Assembly: GCA_029856125.1 (NCBI GenBank)
Contig: JAHQWJ010000014.1
Span: 1 to 64,000 of the forward strand
Length of the DNA: 64,000 bases
Direction: 5' to 3'
From: Promethearchaeia archaeon
GTDB taxonomy: Archaea; Asgardarchaeota; Lokiarchaeia; Sigyniarchaeales; SOKP01
Shown: positions 37,119 to 47,938 of the stretch, in pieces
Layout: each line of letters opens with the position of its first letter
Numbering within the stretch: position 1 is the first letter of the stretch
Position numbers and translations under genes: made by a program
The notes under the pieces: model-generated
What the model saw: only the letters and a program-made list of their open reading frames with translations
Database searches by the model: none
What the model was told of the DNA's origin: nothing

Positions 37119-39515
37119 TTAAAGCGAATGCTTGAAAAGTCCACCAATTAATTGGCCTGTACTAACTCCGGCGTCTCCTGGAGGTATTTTATTGTGTTCT
37201 AAAAAGATCAATCCTTTTTTTAAAACTGTTTCTTTAATTGCATTTGAAAATAAATTGTTATAAGCTACTCCTCCAGTTAAACCAATTCTATCAATCTTAT
37301 TAAGATCAGCAATTAATATGGCTATATCTGCAAAAGCTTCTGCAAAAACCACGTGAAATTTTGCCGCTATATCATTTCGATTAACACTAGGATTTTCAAG
37401 GAGGGTTAAGACATTCATGACTAATTCTGAAGTATTTATGAAAAACATTCCATCTTTTTTGTAATATTTAATTTCTAAGTCAATTCTATCTGGATTCCCT
37501 TTTGAAGCAAATCCTTCAAGCTTCATAGCAGGTTCACCTCTATAGGTTTTAAGGCTTGCCGCTCCTAAGAGATAGCTTATCGTATCAAATATCCTTCCAG
37601 CGGAACTCGTTAATGGTATGTTTTTGCCTAACGACGATTTTGTATAATGCTCAAATTGAGAAATAATAGCATTTAATTCCACATTTTCGTACTCCAAGTC
37701 ACTTGCTAATCTAATTCTTTCAAAAATTCTTTTGCTTTCTTTGTGTTCAAGAGAATTTAAAATAATGGACGCTGCCATTCGAGCTGGAAATTTAGTACAG
37801 CGATCACCTCCAATCATAGGTTGGTATTGTAATTGACCTAATCGTTCGTAGCCTTCGTAACCACTTAAAAAAATCTCTCCTCCCCAGATATTTCCATCGT
37901 CTCCATACCCAACCCCATCAACGCTAATTCCAACGATCTTCTCGTCCAGATTTATGCTATTTTCTGCCATTAAACTTAAAATATGAGCATAATGATGTTG
38001 AATTTTATAGGTTTTAATATTGTACTGAGTAGATAGTTCTTGGGCTAGTTTGGTTGTTGTGAAGCTTGGGTGAGCGTCGCAAGCGATATAGTTTATCTCA
38101 GAATTTTTTATCTGTAGCAACTTTTTCATATGGTGTAGAGAGTCTTTTAAAAAATCGTAGGTCTCTAGGTGAGTTACGTTTCCAATATGCTGAGTAGGAA
38201 AGATTCGATTGTTTCGCAGTATAGCCCCTGTGACGGCTAATTCCGGGCCAGTTGATATGGCTGCTGGTGTTTCTACTTCAAATGGTAATGCAAAATACTC
38301 TGGAACATAACCTCGTGATCGCCTTATGAGTTTCACTTTATCGTTATGTATCCTTAAGACGCTATCGTCTGCTCTTTGGTATATGGGTCTATTATGAAGT
38401 AGGAAGAAATCGGCTAAATTGTTGAGTTGATCAAATATCTTTTCGTTTTCAATTGCCATAGGGATATTTGACTTGTTCCCACTCGTATAAACTAATGGCT
38501 GTTTTCCAATATGGTCAAAAAGTAAATAATGAATACCTGAATATGGGAGCATAATTCCTACATTGTTTAAACCAGGTGCCACGAATTCGCTAATATTAGA
38601 GTCACTGAAATTACTACTTTTCTCTAAGAGCACGATTGGTCTTCGAAAAGATGTAAGAAGTTCTCTTTCTTTATTTGAAATCTTTAAATAATCTTCAAGA
38701 ATGTTTAAATTCGGAACCATTAAAGCAAACGGTTTATTCTTACGCTTACCTTTCCTCCTGCGTAGTTTTAAGATTGTTTTGTCATCGTTAGCAAGACAAA
38801 CCAAATGGACTCCACCGATTCCCTTAATTGCTGCAACTTCTCCTTCTTCTATCCTTTTCGCAGTTATCTTTAATATTTCCTCAATCGAATCTGTTTTAAT
38901 GGCATTTTTTCCTTTATCGTAAAGTTGATAATTAGGACCGCAAACGGAACAAGCAAAAGTTTGAGCGTGGAATCTCCTGTTTTGAAAGTCAGAATATTCT
39001 GCTACACACGATTCTGGTTTTGCCTCTTTACAGAAAGGAAATTTTATCATTGTGCTCCTTTCTCTATCGTAAGGCAGTTCTTTTACTGTCGTAAATCGTG
39101 GTCCACAAACGGCACAAGCAATAAAGGGATAATTGCTATACTTTTGTAAATCTGGGTTTCGCATGTCTTTCAAGCAATTATTACATATTGCAACATCTGG
39201 AGGTAAAGTTAGACTAATACCCCTTCCTTCTTCGCTGGCTTCTATTCTTAAATCGGTAAATATATCGCTTATTTCGCTTTCTTTAACAATGAGTTTTTCA
39301 ATAAATGATATATTAGGTTTCTTCTTTTTCACGTTATCAATAAATTCCTCAAAATCTTCTCGATTTCCTTGTAAAGTAAGCCTAACACCCGCATTTCCTC
39401 GATTAAGGATAACACCCTTTAAATCGTGATATCGTGCTAAATTATAAAGAAAGGGACGAAATCCTACTCCTTGAACTATTCCTGTTATTTCCAGATTATA
39501 AGTTATATGCTTCAA
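37119..39515 (-). CDS. hypF: Hydrogenase maturation carbamoyltransferase HypF
   Basis: GIVQGVGFRPF, zinc fingers, RRFHAQ, KGIGG, QHHYAH, DGVGYG, PPGD. Confidence 0.96.
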   Translation of the reverse strand: MKHITYNLEITGIVQGVGFRPFLYNLARYHDLKGVILNRGNAGVRLTLQGNREDFEEFIDNVKKKKPNISFIEKLIVKESEISDIFTDLRIEASEEGRGISLTLPPDVAICNNCLKDMRNPDLQKYSNYPFIACAVCGPRFTTVKELPYDRERSTMIKFPFCKEAKPESCVAEYSDFQNRRFHAQTFACSVCGPNYQLYDKGKNAIKTDSIEEILKITAKRIEEGEVAAIKGIGGVHLVCLANDDKTILKLRRRKGKRKNKPFALMVPNLNILEDYLKISNKERELLTSFRRPIVLLEKSSNFSDSNISEFVAPGLNNVGIMLPYSGIHYLLFDHIGKQPLVYTSGNKSNIPMAIENEKIFDQLNNLADFFLLHNRPIYQRADDSVLRIHNDKVKLIRRSRGYVPEYFALPFEVETPAAISTGPELAVTGAILRNNRIFPTQHIGNVTHLETYDFLKDSLHHMKKLLQIKNSEINYIACDAHPSFTTTKLAQELSTQYNIKTYKIQHHYAHILSLMAENSINLDEKIVGISVDGVGYGDDGNIWGGEIFLSGYEGYERLGQLQYQPMIGGDRCTKFPARMAASIILNSLEHKESKRIFERIRLASDLEYENVELNAIISQFEHYTKSSLGKNIPLTSSAGRIFDTISYLLGAASLKTYRGEPAMKLEGFASKGNPDRIDLEIKYYKKDGMFFINTSELVMNVLTLLENPSVNRNDIAAKFHVVFAEAFADIAILIADLNKIDRIGLTGGVAYNNLFSNAIKETVLKKGLIFLEHNKIPPGDAGVSTGQLIGGLFKHSL

Positions 39516-39653
39516 GTAGAACCGTTAAAATCCATCTATATTTTAAAACTAATCTAATAAAGTATCCCTCAAAAATAAAATTAATATTTTATTATGATAA
39601 GAAATATAGAACAAACATGTAATTTCTAAGTAACTACACATATTTGATTTACT

Positions 39654-40526
39654 ATGACAAATAACGATTTAAGATGGGATATCCCTTATCACAAAGCTTT
39701 TTTCAAAACTAGTCATAATTCTTTCAATATTTCTGTTCGAAAACAACTCAATCACGGTGTTAGAGGGCTTGAATACGACATACACGACGATAGGATTCAA
39801 GAAGTTGGCGATTTTGAAGTATATCACTTACCCAAACATGTTGACGCTGCACTTAATGTAGACGGAAATCCTGGAGACTTATTGCTATCTAATTGGCTCT
39901 TATTATTGAAAGACTGGTCAAATGATCAGAGTAACCAACACGCACCTATAACTCTTTTTATCGAATTGAAAGATTGTATTGTTGACGCAAATAACGAGCC
40001 AAGTGAATTATATGGCATTAAAAGGTTAAATAAAGTAATTCTTGATACATTATCACCTAAATACCTATATTCTCATAGCGATTTTAGAAAAAGCGAATAC
40101 CAATGGCCAACAGTAGGAGAATTAAAAGGATGCGTAATTATTGTATTAACCAGTTATTGGGGCGGTTATTGGGCTTCCAGTGAAGGGGGGTTCGAATCCC
40201 GTTTACAATATTTAGACAACTGTCTGAAAGGTGAAGATGACATTTGCTTCGTATCTTGGATCGAAGAAGATCGCGGAAAACAAAAATTATTTATGAAAGA
40301 GAAAGCAACATTTTGGAAATGTAGCATAGAGCTTAGCACTAAAAATTATGAAGAGAATGTGAAATTACAACGATCCACGAGAGTTGATTTTGATAAAATA
40401 AGAATGGGGCGTCATGTGAAAACGTATTACGAAAAAAATTATAAAAGTGGTTTTAGAGCAAATTTCATGGCGACTGATTCTTGGGCGACAACAGAATATG
40501 AAAACTCATATCCTTGGTCGATTTAA
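39654..40526 (+). CDS. PI-PLC-like phosphodiesterase (TIM barrel)
   Basis: SHNSF, QLNHGVRGLEYDIH, HAPITLFIELKD, WPTVGELKG. Confidence 0.75.
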   Translation: MTNNDLRWDIPYHKAFFKTSHNSFNISVRKQLNHGVRGLEYDIHDDRIQEVGDFEVYHLPKHVDAALNVDGNPGDLLLSNWLLLLKDWSNDQSNQHAPITLFIELKDCIVDANNEPSELYGIKRLNKVILDTLSPKYLYSHSDFRKSEYQWPTVGELKGCVIIVLTSYWGGYWASSEGGFESRLQYLDNCLKGEDDICFVSWIEEDRGKQKLFMKEKATFWKCSIELSTKNYEENVKLQRSTRVDFDKIRMGRHVKTYYEKNYKSGFRANFMATDSWATTEYENSYPWSI

Positions 40527-40528
40527 AT

Positions 40529-41668
40529 TCATAATGAATTATATAACGCTTTTATGAGCTTCTCACTACGAGGATCACCAGTGAGCGTTGAAACCATCTT
40601 ATTCATTACATAGCAAATGCTCAATTTCGCATCGAGGTCAACCGCTATTACAGAACCGCCAAACCCTCCCCAGTAAAATACGTTTGGGTTCGGACCGATA
40701 GGTAGTTCCTTACTTTGAAGCCCCCAACCTAATCCGAAACGAATAGGAACGTTTAACACTAAGTCAGTACCATAAGACTGCTCTTCAATTGATTGCTTAA
40801 TAGTTTTTTGGGATAATAGACGGACACCATCAAGTTCCCCACCACAAGCTAATGCTGCCGTAATTCGTGAGACGGATCTCGCATTTCCGTGACCATTAGC
40901 ACCGGGAATCTCAGCACTCCTCCACTCTCTAGTTTTTGTAGCCAGAACATCAATAATTGGATTAGTCAAACTTCTCATTGCAACTGATTTTGGATCGATG
41001 TCACCAAAAGTACTCAAATCTATTGGAGGAGGAGGTATTAAATCAGCAACTCTATCATCATGTTCTTCGGACAAACCAATGTGAAAATCTGCTCCAAGAG
41101 GAACTGCGACTTCTTCTCGAAAAAAAGTCCCTAGTGACTTTTTGGTTATGCGTCTTACTAATTCACCTAAAAGATGTCCAAAAGTTATCGTGTGATATCC
41201 GCTTTTAGTTCCTGGCTCCCACCAAGGTTTTTGAGCTGCAAGGAGTTCAACCATTAAATCCCAATTGTAGAGCTTTTTACTCCGAAAATGTTTATCCCAA
41301 CCTGCTAAACCAGAAGTATGACTAAGGAGATACCGAACTGGTAGGTTTTCTTTGCCTGCTTGTGCAAACTCAGGCCAATATTTAGCAACTGGAGCATCTA
41401 AATCCAATAATCCGCGATCTATAAGTATGTGAATGCATATTGCTGTCATAACTTTAGTTGTGGAGTAAACATTTACGATTGTATTTTTTTTCCACTCTTT
41501 AGTTTTAGCGGCGTTAGCGTAACCACCCCAAAGATCAACTACATGCTTGCCGTTGAGAGTTACAGCAAAAGAAGCACCAACCTCTAAATTATCGTCAAAA
41601 TTAGATTGAAAAACTTCCTTTACGGACTTGAATCGCTCCTCACAAAAACCATCAATTACACTTGTCAT
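40529..41668 (-). CDS. Serine hydrolase, beta-lactamase/EstA family
   Basis: YSTTK (SxxK), LLSHTSGL, WWEPG...GYH, WGGFGGS. Confidence 0.92.
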   Translation of the reverse strand: MTSVIDGFCEERFKSVKEVFQSNFDDNLEVGASFAVTLNGKHVVDLWGGYANAAKTKEWKKNTIVNVYSTTKVMTAICIHILIDRGLLDLDAPVAKYWPEFAQAGKENLPVRYLLSHTSGLAGWDKHFRSKKLYNWDLMVELLAAQKPWWEPGTKSGYHTITFGHLLGELVRRITKKSLGTFFREEVAVPLGADFHIGLSEEHDDRVADLIPPPPIDLSTFGDIDPKSVAMRSLTNPIIDVLATKTREWRSAEIPGANGHGNARSVSRITAALACGGELDGVRLLSQKTIKQSIEEQSYGTDLVLNVPIRFGLGWGLQSKELPIGPNPNVFYWGGFGGSVIAVDLDAKLSICYVMNKMVSTLTGDPRSEKLIKALYNSL

Positions 41669-41758
41669 AGTTACACTTCAATAAAAGTGTATATAAAATT
41701 ATGCTATAAAATAGTAAAAATTGATAACTTAATTACTACAATTAAAAATGAGCAATTG

Positions 41759-42847
41759 TTAGTGATATTTATAATATATACTACAAGTTCCCTCCATTGA
41801 AACCATGCAAGGCCCGATAGGATTAAGAGGAGTACAAGATTCTCTAAAAAGTTCACATTCAGTGGGATAAATTTTACCAACCATGACTAAGTGACAAGAA
41901 CATCCTGGAGGAATATCTTGCGATTTATTAATCTTTATATCAAATTTCTTATCAGCGTCAAATTCTTCGTATTTGTCTCGTATAGCCAATCCTCCGTCAA
42001 GAATTCGTCCAATTCCTCTCCAAGGACTTGATACTGATTGAAAAACATCGGCTATAATTCCCTGAGCAATTTTATTTCCCTCAGGTTTTACAACTCTCGA
42101 ATACTCGTTTAACGTTTCGAATTTTTTATTTTTTATTTGCTGGAGAAGCATTAAGATACCCAATAATACGTCGTTAGGTTCAAAACCGGCGATCACGTTA
42201 GGTACTTTATAAGCGTCTGAAAAGATCTTAAATGGTTGTAAACCTATAATTGTAGAAACGTGACCCGGTGATATAAATCCATCAATCCGAAGCTGCGATT
42301 GACTGATTAAAAGTTCCAAAGCCGCTGGAATTAATTTATAGGCACAAATTACAGAGAAATTAGAAGGAGGTCCGCTTTGAATTTCGTATCCTATCAGTGG
42401 AGCAGTGGTTTCAAAGCCAATAGCAAAAAATATTACTTCTTTATTTGGATTTTCTTTAGCGATTTTAACTGCGTCGTGCGGCCCGTAAACTATTCTTACA
42501 TCTGCACCTTTCGCCTTTGCTTGTGCTAAAGATAGGTTGGTAGCTGGAACGCGTATCATATCCCCAAAAGTAGTGATGATAGTGTCGTCTCGTTTCCCAA
42601 TCTCAATTGCCTTATCGATATCTGCAGCAGGACATACGCAAACAGGGCACCCCGGACCTGAAAGGATTTCGATCTCCTTAGGTAACAACGGTCTTAGCCC
42701 ATACTTCGAAAGAGTGTGTTCGTGAGTGCCACACACGTGCATAAACTTAACTGGTTTATTTATATCCTTTACAATTTTATTTATTGATTTAATTATTTTT
42801 TCAGTGAATTCTCTGCTTCTTAAAATTTTAATTCCTGGAATATCCAT
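41759..42847 (-). CDS. hypD: Hydrogenase maturation protein HypD
   Basis: HVCGTHE, GPGCPVC, GFETT, PGHVS, GPCMVSMEGTC. Confidence 0.96.
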   Translation of the reverse strand: MDIPGIKILRSREFTEKIIKSINKIVKDINKPVKFMHVCGTHEHTLSKYGLRPLLPKEIEILSGPGCPVCVCPAADIDKAIEIGKRDDTIITTFGDMIRVPATNLSLAQAKAKGADVRIVYGPHDAVKIAKENPNKEVIFFAIGFETTAPLIGYEIQSGPPSNFSVICAYKLIPAALELLISQSQLRIDGFISPGHVSTIIGLQPFKIFSDAYKVPNVIAGFEPNDVLLGILMLLQQIKNKKFETLNEYSRVVKPEGNKIAQGIIADVFQSVSSPWRGIGRILDGGLAIRDKYEEFDADKKFDIKINKSQDIPPGCSCHLVMVGKIYPTECELFRESCTPLNPIGPCMVSMEGTCSIYYKYH

Positions 42848-42862
42848 CTTTTTCAGTCTATT

Positions 42863-43531
42863 TTAATCAATAATGATGTGTTCTAAAATTTGACCCGAAG
42901 TATCAAAACACTTTATACTATCAGAACGATTGTAAGGATGGGCCAATAACATTGTAAATCTTCGTTTTTTAAAAATCTGGTTTAGTTTCTCATTCGTTGA
43001 GAGCGTGCCTGATGGGCGTGATATGAAAGTTCCTTCATATGAGAAATCTAATGGAATACTACAGGTTGGTCTGATTATCTCAAAATCTTTATCACTATCA
43101 GTACAAGCTCTTGATGATATTATATATTCAGATACAACTCCTTTGTGGACTCCCAATATCCCCTTCATTTTTTTAGGATGACCCTTTTGACACATATCAA
43201 CTAATCCCTCAAGAAAATCTTTTTTAATCATAATTTGATTTAATTTCATATTATCAATTAATAAAAGAATTTCATCAATTATTTCTAAAACGGAGTCTGT
43301 TGAATGTTTGTTCCAATTCCGTAATGAGGATACGATCCGACTGAGTTTAAATTGATCTGTTCTATTTTTAATTAAATAAGCTTTTAGTTTTTTTGGATAT
43401 CTTCTAAAATCGACTTCTAACGAAATTTCATTATTGATTTCAAAATGCAAAAGATAGTTATCTCCGCCAACTGAAATAGCACCTGGAAATTTCTCAAGAA
43501 CTTTTCGATATTCTTCCTTTCTTATATCCAT
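42863..43531 (-). CDS. UBC/RWD-like domain fused to inactive JAB/MPN domain
   Basis: N-terminal ISLEVDFRRYPKK...LRNW...VLEIIDEI; C-terminal GTFISRPSG...LAHPY...IKCFD resembling archaeal JAMM with the metal ligands lost. Confidence 0.6.
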   Translation of the reverse strand: MDIRKEEYRKVLEKFPGAISVGGDNYLLHFEINNEISLEVDFRRYPKKLKAYLIKNRTDQFKLSRIVSSLRNWNKHSTDSVLEIIDEILLLIDNMKLNQIMIKKDFLEGLVDMCQKGHPKKMKGILGVHKGVVSEYIISSRACTDSDKDFEIIRPTCSIPLDFSYEGTFISRPSGTLSTNEKLNQIFKKRRFTMLLAHPYNRSDSIKCFDTSGQILEHIIID

Positions 43532-43594
43532 AGTTTTCTCAAATTGTTATGGTTTATTTTATTTACGATTAAAATTTAAATTTCTGTAGTTATC

Positions 43595-44647
43595 TTAACA
43601 AATTCTCGGTATTGGTTCCCCTAAAGGCATATCTACAAACCGTGTTCCCCCTACTATGGTGTTTAAAAGTACCCTTTTAGGATTGTCTGACTTGACTACG
43701 CCGATTATCTCTGCGTCTTTTCCAATTGATGTTGATAGTATTTTAGATAAGATTTTTTCCGCTCGATTTGGATCTACAGACATAAGAGCTCTCCCCTCAG
43801 AAGCAATCGCATAAGGATCTAATCCCAGCATTTCACATATGGCATTAACTTGCTTTTTGATTGGAATCTTGTCTTCTTCTAAAGTAATACTTACATTTGA
43901 TTTATTTGCCCAATCGTTGAGTGCCCCTGCTATCCCACCTCTTGTTGGGTCTTTCATTGCGTGGATGTGATTATTTTCAATTTCTTCTTTAAGAACGTTG
44001 TAAATCTCAAGTAAATGCGCTACATCAGAATTCAAGTCAGTTGAAATATTTAAGCCTTCACGGCTTCCAATTAGTGCGCTCCCATGGTCACCAATACTCC
44101 CCGTAACAATAATGGTATCTCCCGGTTTTAAGTTAGCATCCAAAACTTTTATGTTTTTATCCTTGATTCCAATCCCCGTTGTTGCCATTATCATTTCGTT
44201 CAGGGTCCCCTTAGGCATTACCTTGGTGTCTCCAGCGATAATCGCAACGTTCGCCTCTTTAGCTTTGTTATTAAATGAATTAAGGATTTTGTTTAGTTGA
44301 TCGAACTTAAAACCCTCCTCTATAATAACTATCGACGTTAATGCTATAGGTTGAGCACCCATCATTATTAAATCGTTTACCGTGCCACAAACGCTTAATG
44401 TCCCTAAATTGCCCCCCGGAAAAAAAAGTGGATAAACAGTGTGTCCATCGGCAGTAATTACAATTTCTTTTTCATACTCATCTAAAGGAATTGTTGCTCC
44501 ATCGTCAAGTTCTTGAACTCCTATACCTTTGTTTACATTTTTAAAGGTAATATTTCTCGTAACATACGAGATTAGTTCTTCTTGTAATTTGCCACCAGCA
44601 CCATGAGCTAACGTAATTATATTTGAGCTCACTTTTTTCATACTCAT
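43595..44647 (-). CDS. hypE: Hydrogenase maturation protein HypE
   Basis: LAHGAGG, GTVND, GDTKV, DPTRGG, C-terminal PRIC. Confidence 0.96.
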   Translation of the reverse strand: MSMKKVSSNIITLAHGAGGKLQEELISYVTRNITFKNVNKGIGVQELDDGATIPLDEYEKEIVITADGHTVYPLFFPGGNLGTLSVCGTVNDLIMMGAQPIALTSIVIIEEGFKFDQLNKILNSFNNKAKEANVAIIAGDTKVMPKGTLNEMIMATTGIGIKDKNIKVLDANLKPGDTIIVTGSIGDHGSALIGSREGLNISTDLNSDVAHLLEIYNVLKEEIENNHIHAMKDPTRGGIAGALNDWANKSNVSITLEEDKIPIKKQVNAICEMLGLDPYAIASEGRALMSVDPNRAEKILSKILSTSIGKDAEIIGVVKSDNPKRVLLNTIVGGTRFVDMPLGEPIPRIC

Positions 44648-44729
44648 ACTAGAGAATAAGAATTAAAAATTAAAAGTATTTAGAATTTAGAGTAGAAAAT
44701 CGTAGCATTCATACGAATTACGGATTACT

Positions 44730-46340
44730 TTATAGTTTTATTCCATAAGCGTCAATTATATCGGGAAATTTCTTGAGTTCATTTAGATCTTCGTTAGAGA
44801 CCGCTTCGTCTAGTGTGATAATTGAAATTGCAGTATTTCCCTTTTCCTTTCTTCCGCATTGTAGCCCGGCTATGTTGATTCCTTTATTTCCTAAGAAACT
44901 TCCAATATTCCCAATCACTCCGGGGACATCGTTGTTTCTTAAGGCAAGCATGTAGTTTGTGGGAGCAAAGTCGTAAATTAAGCCGTTTATCTCGACTATT
45001 CGAGGATTTTCCGAGAAAACTGTTCCTGCAATTTTTGTAATAGAACCATCTTCAGCCATAATTGAAATTTTAATGTAATTTTCGTAATTAATTGGTTTAC
45101 CGTACTTTTCTACAATCACGTTAATTTCATTTTCTTGTAAAATCTCTTCTAAATTAATATAGGTTATTATATCTACCAGCCTCCCATCAAATAAGGACTG
45201 CAATATCACAGCTTTAATTGGATCAAAGTTAGTAAATATCTCTCCTTTATACTTAATTTTCACACTAATAATTTTTGATAGGTTAAACTGAGTAATGAAC
45301 TTACTTAAAGAAGCCCCTAATTCGATATAAGGCCGATATAAATCTGCCATTTCTTCTGACATGTTAAAAGAAATATTAACAGCATCTACGAATATTTTAG
45401 AATTAAGAGCTTGGCCTATTCTTTCAGCTGCTAATTTCGCGACCTCAATCTGCGCCTCAAATGTGCTAGCACCTAAGTGAGGCGTTGTAATACAATTATC
45501 TAATCCAATAAAAGGTGCGTCCTTAGGATCAACTGGTTCTTTAGAATAAACATCAATACATGCTCCTCCAATTTTGTTGTTTTTTAGAGCGTCGTATAGT
45601 GCTTGTTCATTTACAACACCCCCTCGAGCAACATTAACAATAATCGCTGTAGATTTCATTTTTTCTATCTCAGCATAACTAATTAAATCTTTTGTTTGAG
45701 TTGTTAAAGGAACGTGAATCGTGATATAGTCTGATCGAGCTAAAAAATCGTCAAAATTATTTAATAACTCAACCCCCAAATCCTGACCTCGTTTTCTTGG
45801 AACGAAATTATCGAAAGCTATTGTATTCATGTCAAACGCTTGACATTTTTTTACAACAGCGGCCCCGATATTTCCTAATCCAATAATTCCGACTGTTTTA
45901 CCTTGTAATTCTGAACCTCTTAAGATTTTTTTATCCCATTTGCCTTCACGCATAGAAGAGTTTGCTTTATAAATATTTCGCGCAAAATTCAGCATAAGAC
46001 CAACTGTTAGCTCAACTACCGCATTAGTATTGCCTAATGGAGTTATCAAAACAACAATTCCATGTTTATTACATTCTTCAATATTAATGTTATCGTATCC
46101 GGTTCCAGCTCGAACAATAACTTTCAATTTTTTCCCTGCGTTAATTATATCCGGAGTGATTTTAGTAGCGCTCCTAACTATAATACCGTCAAAATGTTCT
46201 ATAATTTCAAGAAGTTCTTCTCTACTTGTTTTATTATTAATCGTAAGTTCAAAATTTTTAAACTTCTTTAATATCTCAACTCCCTCTTGAGCTAAACCGT
46301 CAGAAATCAAAAGTTTGTAATTTTTTAATTCCATAATCAT
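44730..46340 (-). CDS. serA: D-3-phosphoglycerate dehydrogenase with C-terminal ACT domain
   Basis: RAGTGYDN, GLGNIG, NVARGG, TPHLGAST, DVPGVIG...INIA. Confidence 0.93.
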   Translation of the reverse strand: MIMELKNYKLLISDGLAQEGVEILKKFKNFELTINNKTSREELLEIIEHFDGIIVRSATKITPDIINAGKKLKVIVRAGTGYDNINIEECNKHGIVVLITPLGNTNAVVELTVGLMLNFARNIYKANSSMREGKWDKKILRGSELQGKTVGIIGLGNIGAAVVKKCQAFDMNTIAFDNFVPRKRGQDLGVELLNNFDDFLARSDYITIHVPLTTQTKDLISYAEIEKMKSTAIIVNVARGGVVNEQALYDALKNNKIGGACIDVYSKEPVDPKDAPFIGLDNCITTPHLGASTFEAQIEVAKLAAERIGQALNSKIFVDAVNISFNMSEEMADLYRPYIELGASLSKFITQFNLSKIISVKIKYKGEIFTNFDPIKAVILQSLFDGRLVDIITYINLEEILQENEINVIVEKYGKPINYENYIKISIMAEDGSITKIAGTVFSENPRIVEINGLIYDFAPTNYMLALRNNDVPGVIGNIGSFLGNKGINIAGLQCGRKEKGNTAISIITLDEAVSNEDLNELKKFPDIIDAYGIKL

Positions 46341-46557
46341 TCATACCGCAAAGTTAATCGTAATTAAATTTTAGTTAAACACTTAGTAGGAATAAATACC
46401 GTAAATTTATTATCTTTTCGAATTAGAAACCTAGTTTATTGAGACCTTGTCTAACTCAGCTTCTTATATAAACCCCAAAAAACATGAAGAAAATATCTAA
46501 GAATGCTTTAGAATAAAATAAAAGTTAAAAAATAAAAAGTTCAATAATAAAAAAATT

Positions 46558-47913
46558 TTAATAAAATTCACAATCTTCAAGTATCATAGACAAATCTATA
46601 ACCGGTAAATCAGGTTTGTTGCGACTGGCAGCTAAATGTAAATTATTTTTACAAAAGACACAAGCGCTAACTAAAACTTCGGCATCGGTTTCGATTGCTT
46701 CCTTTAAGCGGTCTTCGTTAATGTTCTCCCAGCATGCTACAGTTTCATCTAAACGATTATTAGCAATATCAAGTGAGATTTCTCCGTATAAGGCTCTTAC
46801 TCCGCCTCCCGCACCACAGCATAACGACATTTCTCGGTTGTGTCTCATTTCGATAAACTTAACGCCTTCAATCATGTTCATTAGCTCTCTTGGCTCGTCG
46901 TAAACTCCACAGTATCGTCCTAAGTGGCATGGATCGTGATATGTGATAACCATAGGGTCTTCTTTTGTACGTTTCGTGTACCTAATCTTAAGACCTTTTT
47001 GTTTTACGATTTTAGGAACAAATTGAACCAAGTGAGAAAGCTCAAACCCAAGATCTCCGCCAGCAAACTTAGTATATTCTGTTGTAAATGTAGAAAAACA
47101 GCCTGCACAAGAAAAAACGAGTTCGTTTACTCCTAACTTACGGACCATGTCAAGGTTATATTCAACTAATTGAAGAGCATCGTCTTCTAACCCAGTTCGG
47201 AACATAACCGAGCCACAACAATATTCATCAGGAAATAAAATGAACTTCACGCCTAGTTTTTCTAAAATTCGAGCAGTTGCCGTACTTAACTCGTTATTAC
47301 GATATGAGCTTGTACAACCAACGAAATAACCAACTAAATGCTCATCAATATCACTTGGTTTTAATTCTCCAGATTCTATTTGTCTAGTACGTTCTGTTCC
47401 ACGTTGTAAAGCCTCGTATCCTTCTTTACAGGTTTCCGAATCACACCAATTATATCTATCTGTTCCACTTTCGAGAAATGGATTTTTATTTGTCAGTATC
47501 GAGTTTTTTAAGATTCCTAATTTTTCAGGTAGAACACCTTTACGCACTGCAGTTCTTCTGTAATTTTGAAAGACTTCTAAAGTATCGATTCCTACTGGGC
47601 AAACGGTTCTACAATGGCCACAAAGCATACATTGAAATAACGCAGGCACGATTTCTTCTTTATCGAAATCAAGCTCTCTTTTAGATAAGGCTTTGAGGAT
47701 TCTATTACGTCCACCAGCATAGTCTCTTTCGGAAAAGGTTATGCTATATACTCTACAAACGTTACGGCAATAACCGCACTGTATGCATTTCTCGAAATCG
47801 TTGTCTGTTTTGCGTCCTGGATCAACTAAATTCTCTTGGTCTGGTGCAAAAAATCCTGAGACTGGAGAACCAGTCGTAATTACTTTTTTTACATCACTTA
47901 CTTTTTCATTCAT
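46558..47913 (-). CDS. GlcF/HdrD-like Fe-S protein (2x[4Fe-4S] plus two CCG domains)
   Basis: CIQCGYCRNVC, CMLCGHCRTVCP, FVGC, CCGS, YHDPCHLGR, CCGAGGG. Confidence 0.88.
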   Translation of the reverse strand: MNEKVSDVKKVITTGSPVSGFFAPDQENLVDPGRKTDNDFEKCIQCGYCRNVCRVYSITFSERDYAGGRNRILKALSKRELDFDKEEIVPALFQCMLCGHCRTVCPVGIDTLEVFQNYRRTAVRKGVLPEKLGILKNSILTNKNPFLESGTDRYNWCDSETCKEGYEALQRGTERTRQIESGELKPSDIDEHLVGYFVGCTSSYRNNELSTATARILEKLGVKFILFPDEYCCGSVMFRTGLEDDALQLVEYNLDMVRKLGVNELVFSCAGCFSTFTTEYTKFAGGDLGFELSHLVQFVPKIVKQKGLKIRYTKRTKEDPMVITYHDPCHLGRYCGVYDEPRELMNMIEGVKFIEMRHNREMSLCCGAGGGVRALYGEISLDIANNRLDETVACWENINEDRLKEAIETDAEVLVSACVFCKNNLHLAASRNKPDLPVIDLSMILEDCEFY

Positions 47914-47938
47914 TATTAATTTTACTCCATTTTTGTTT

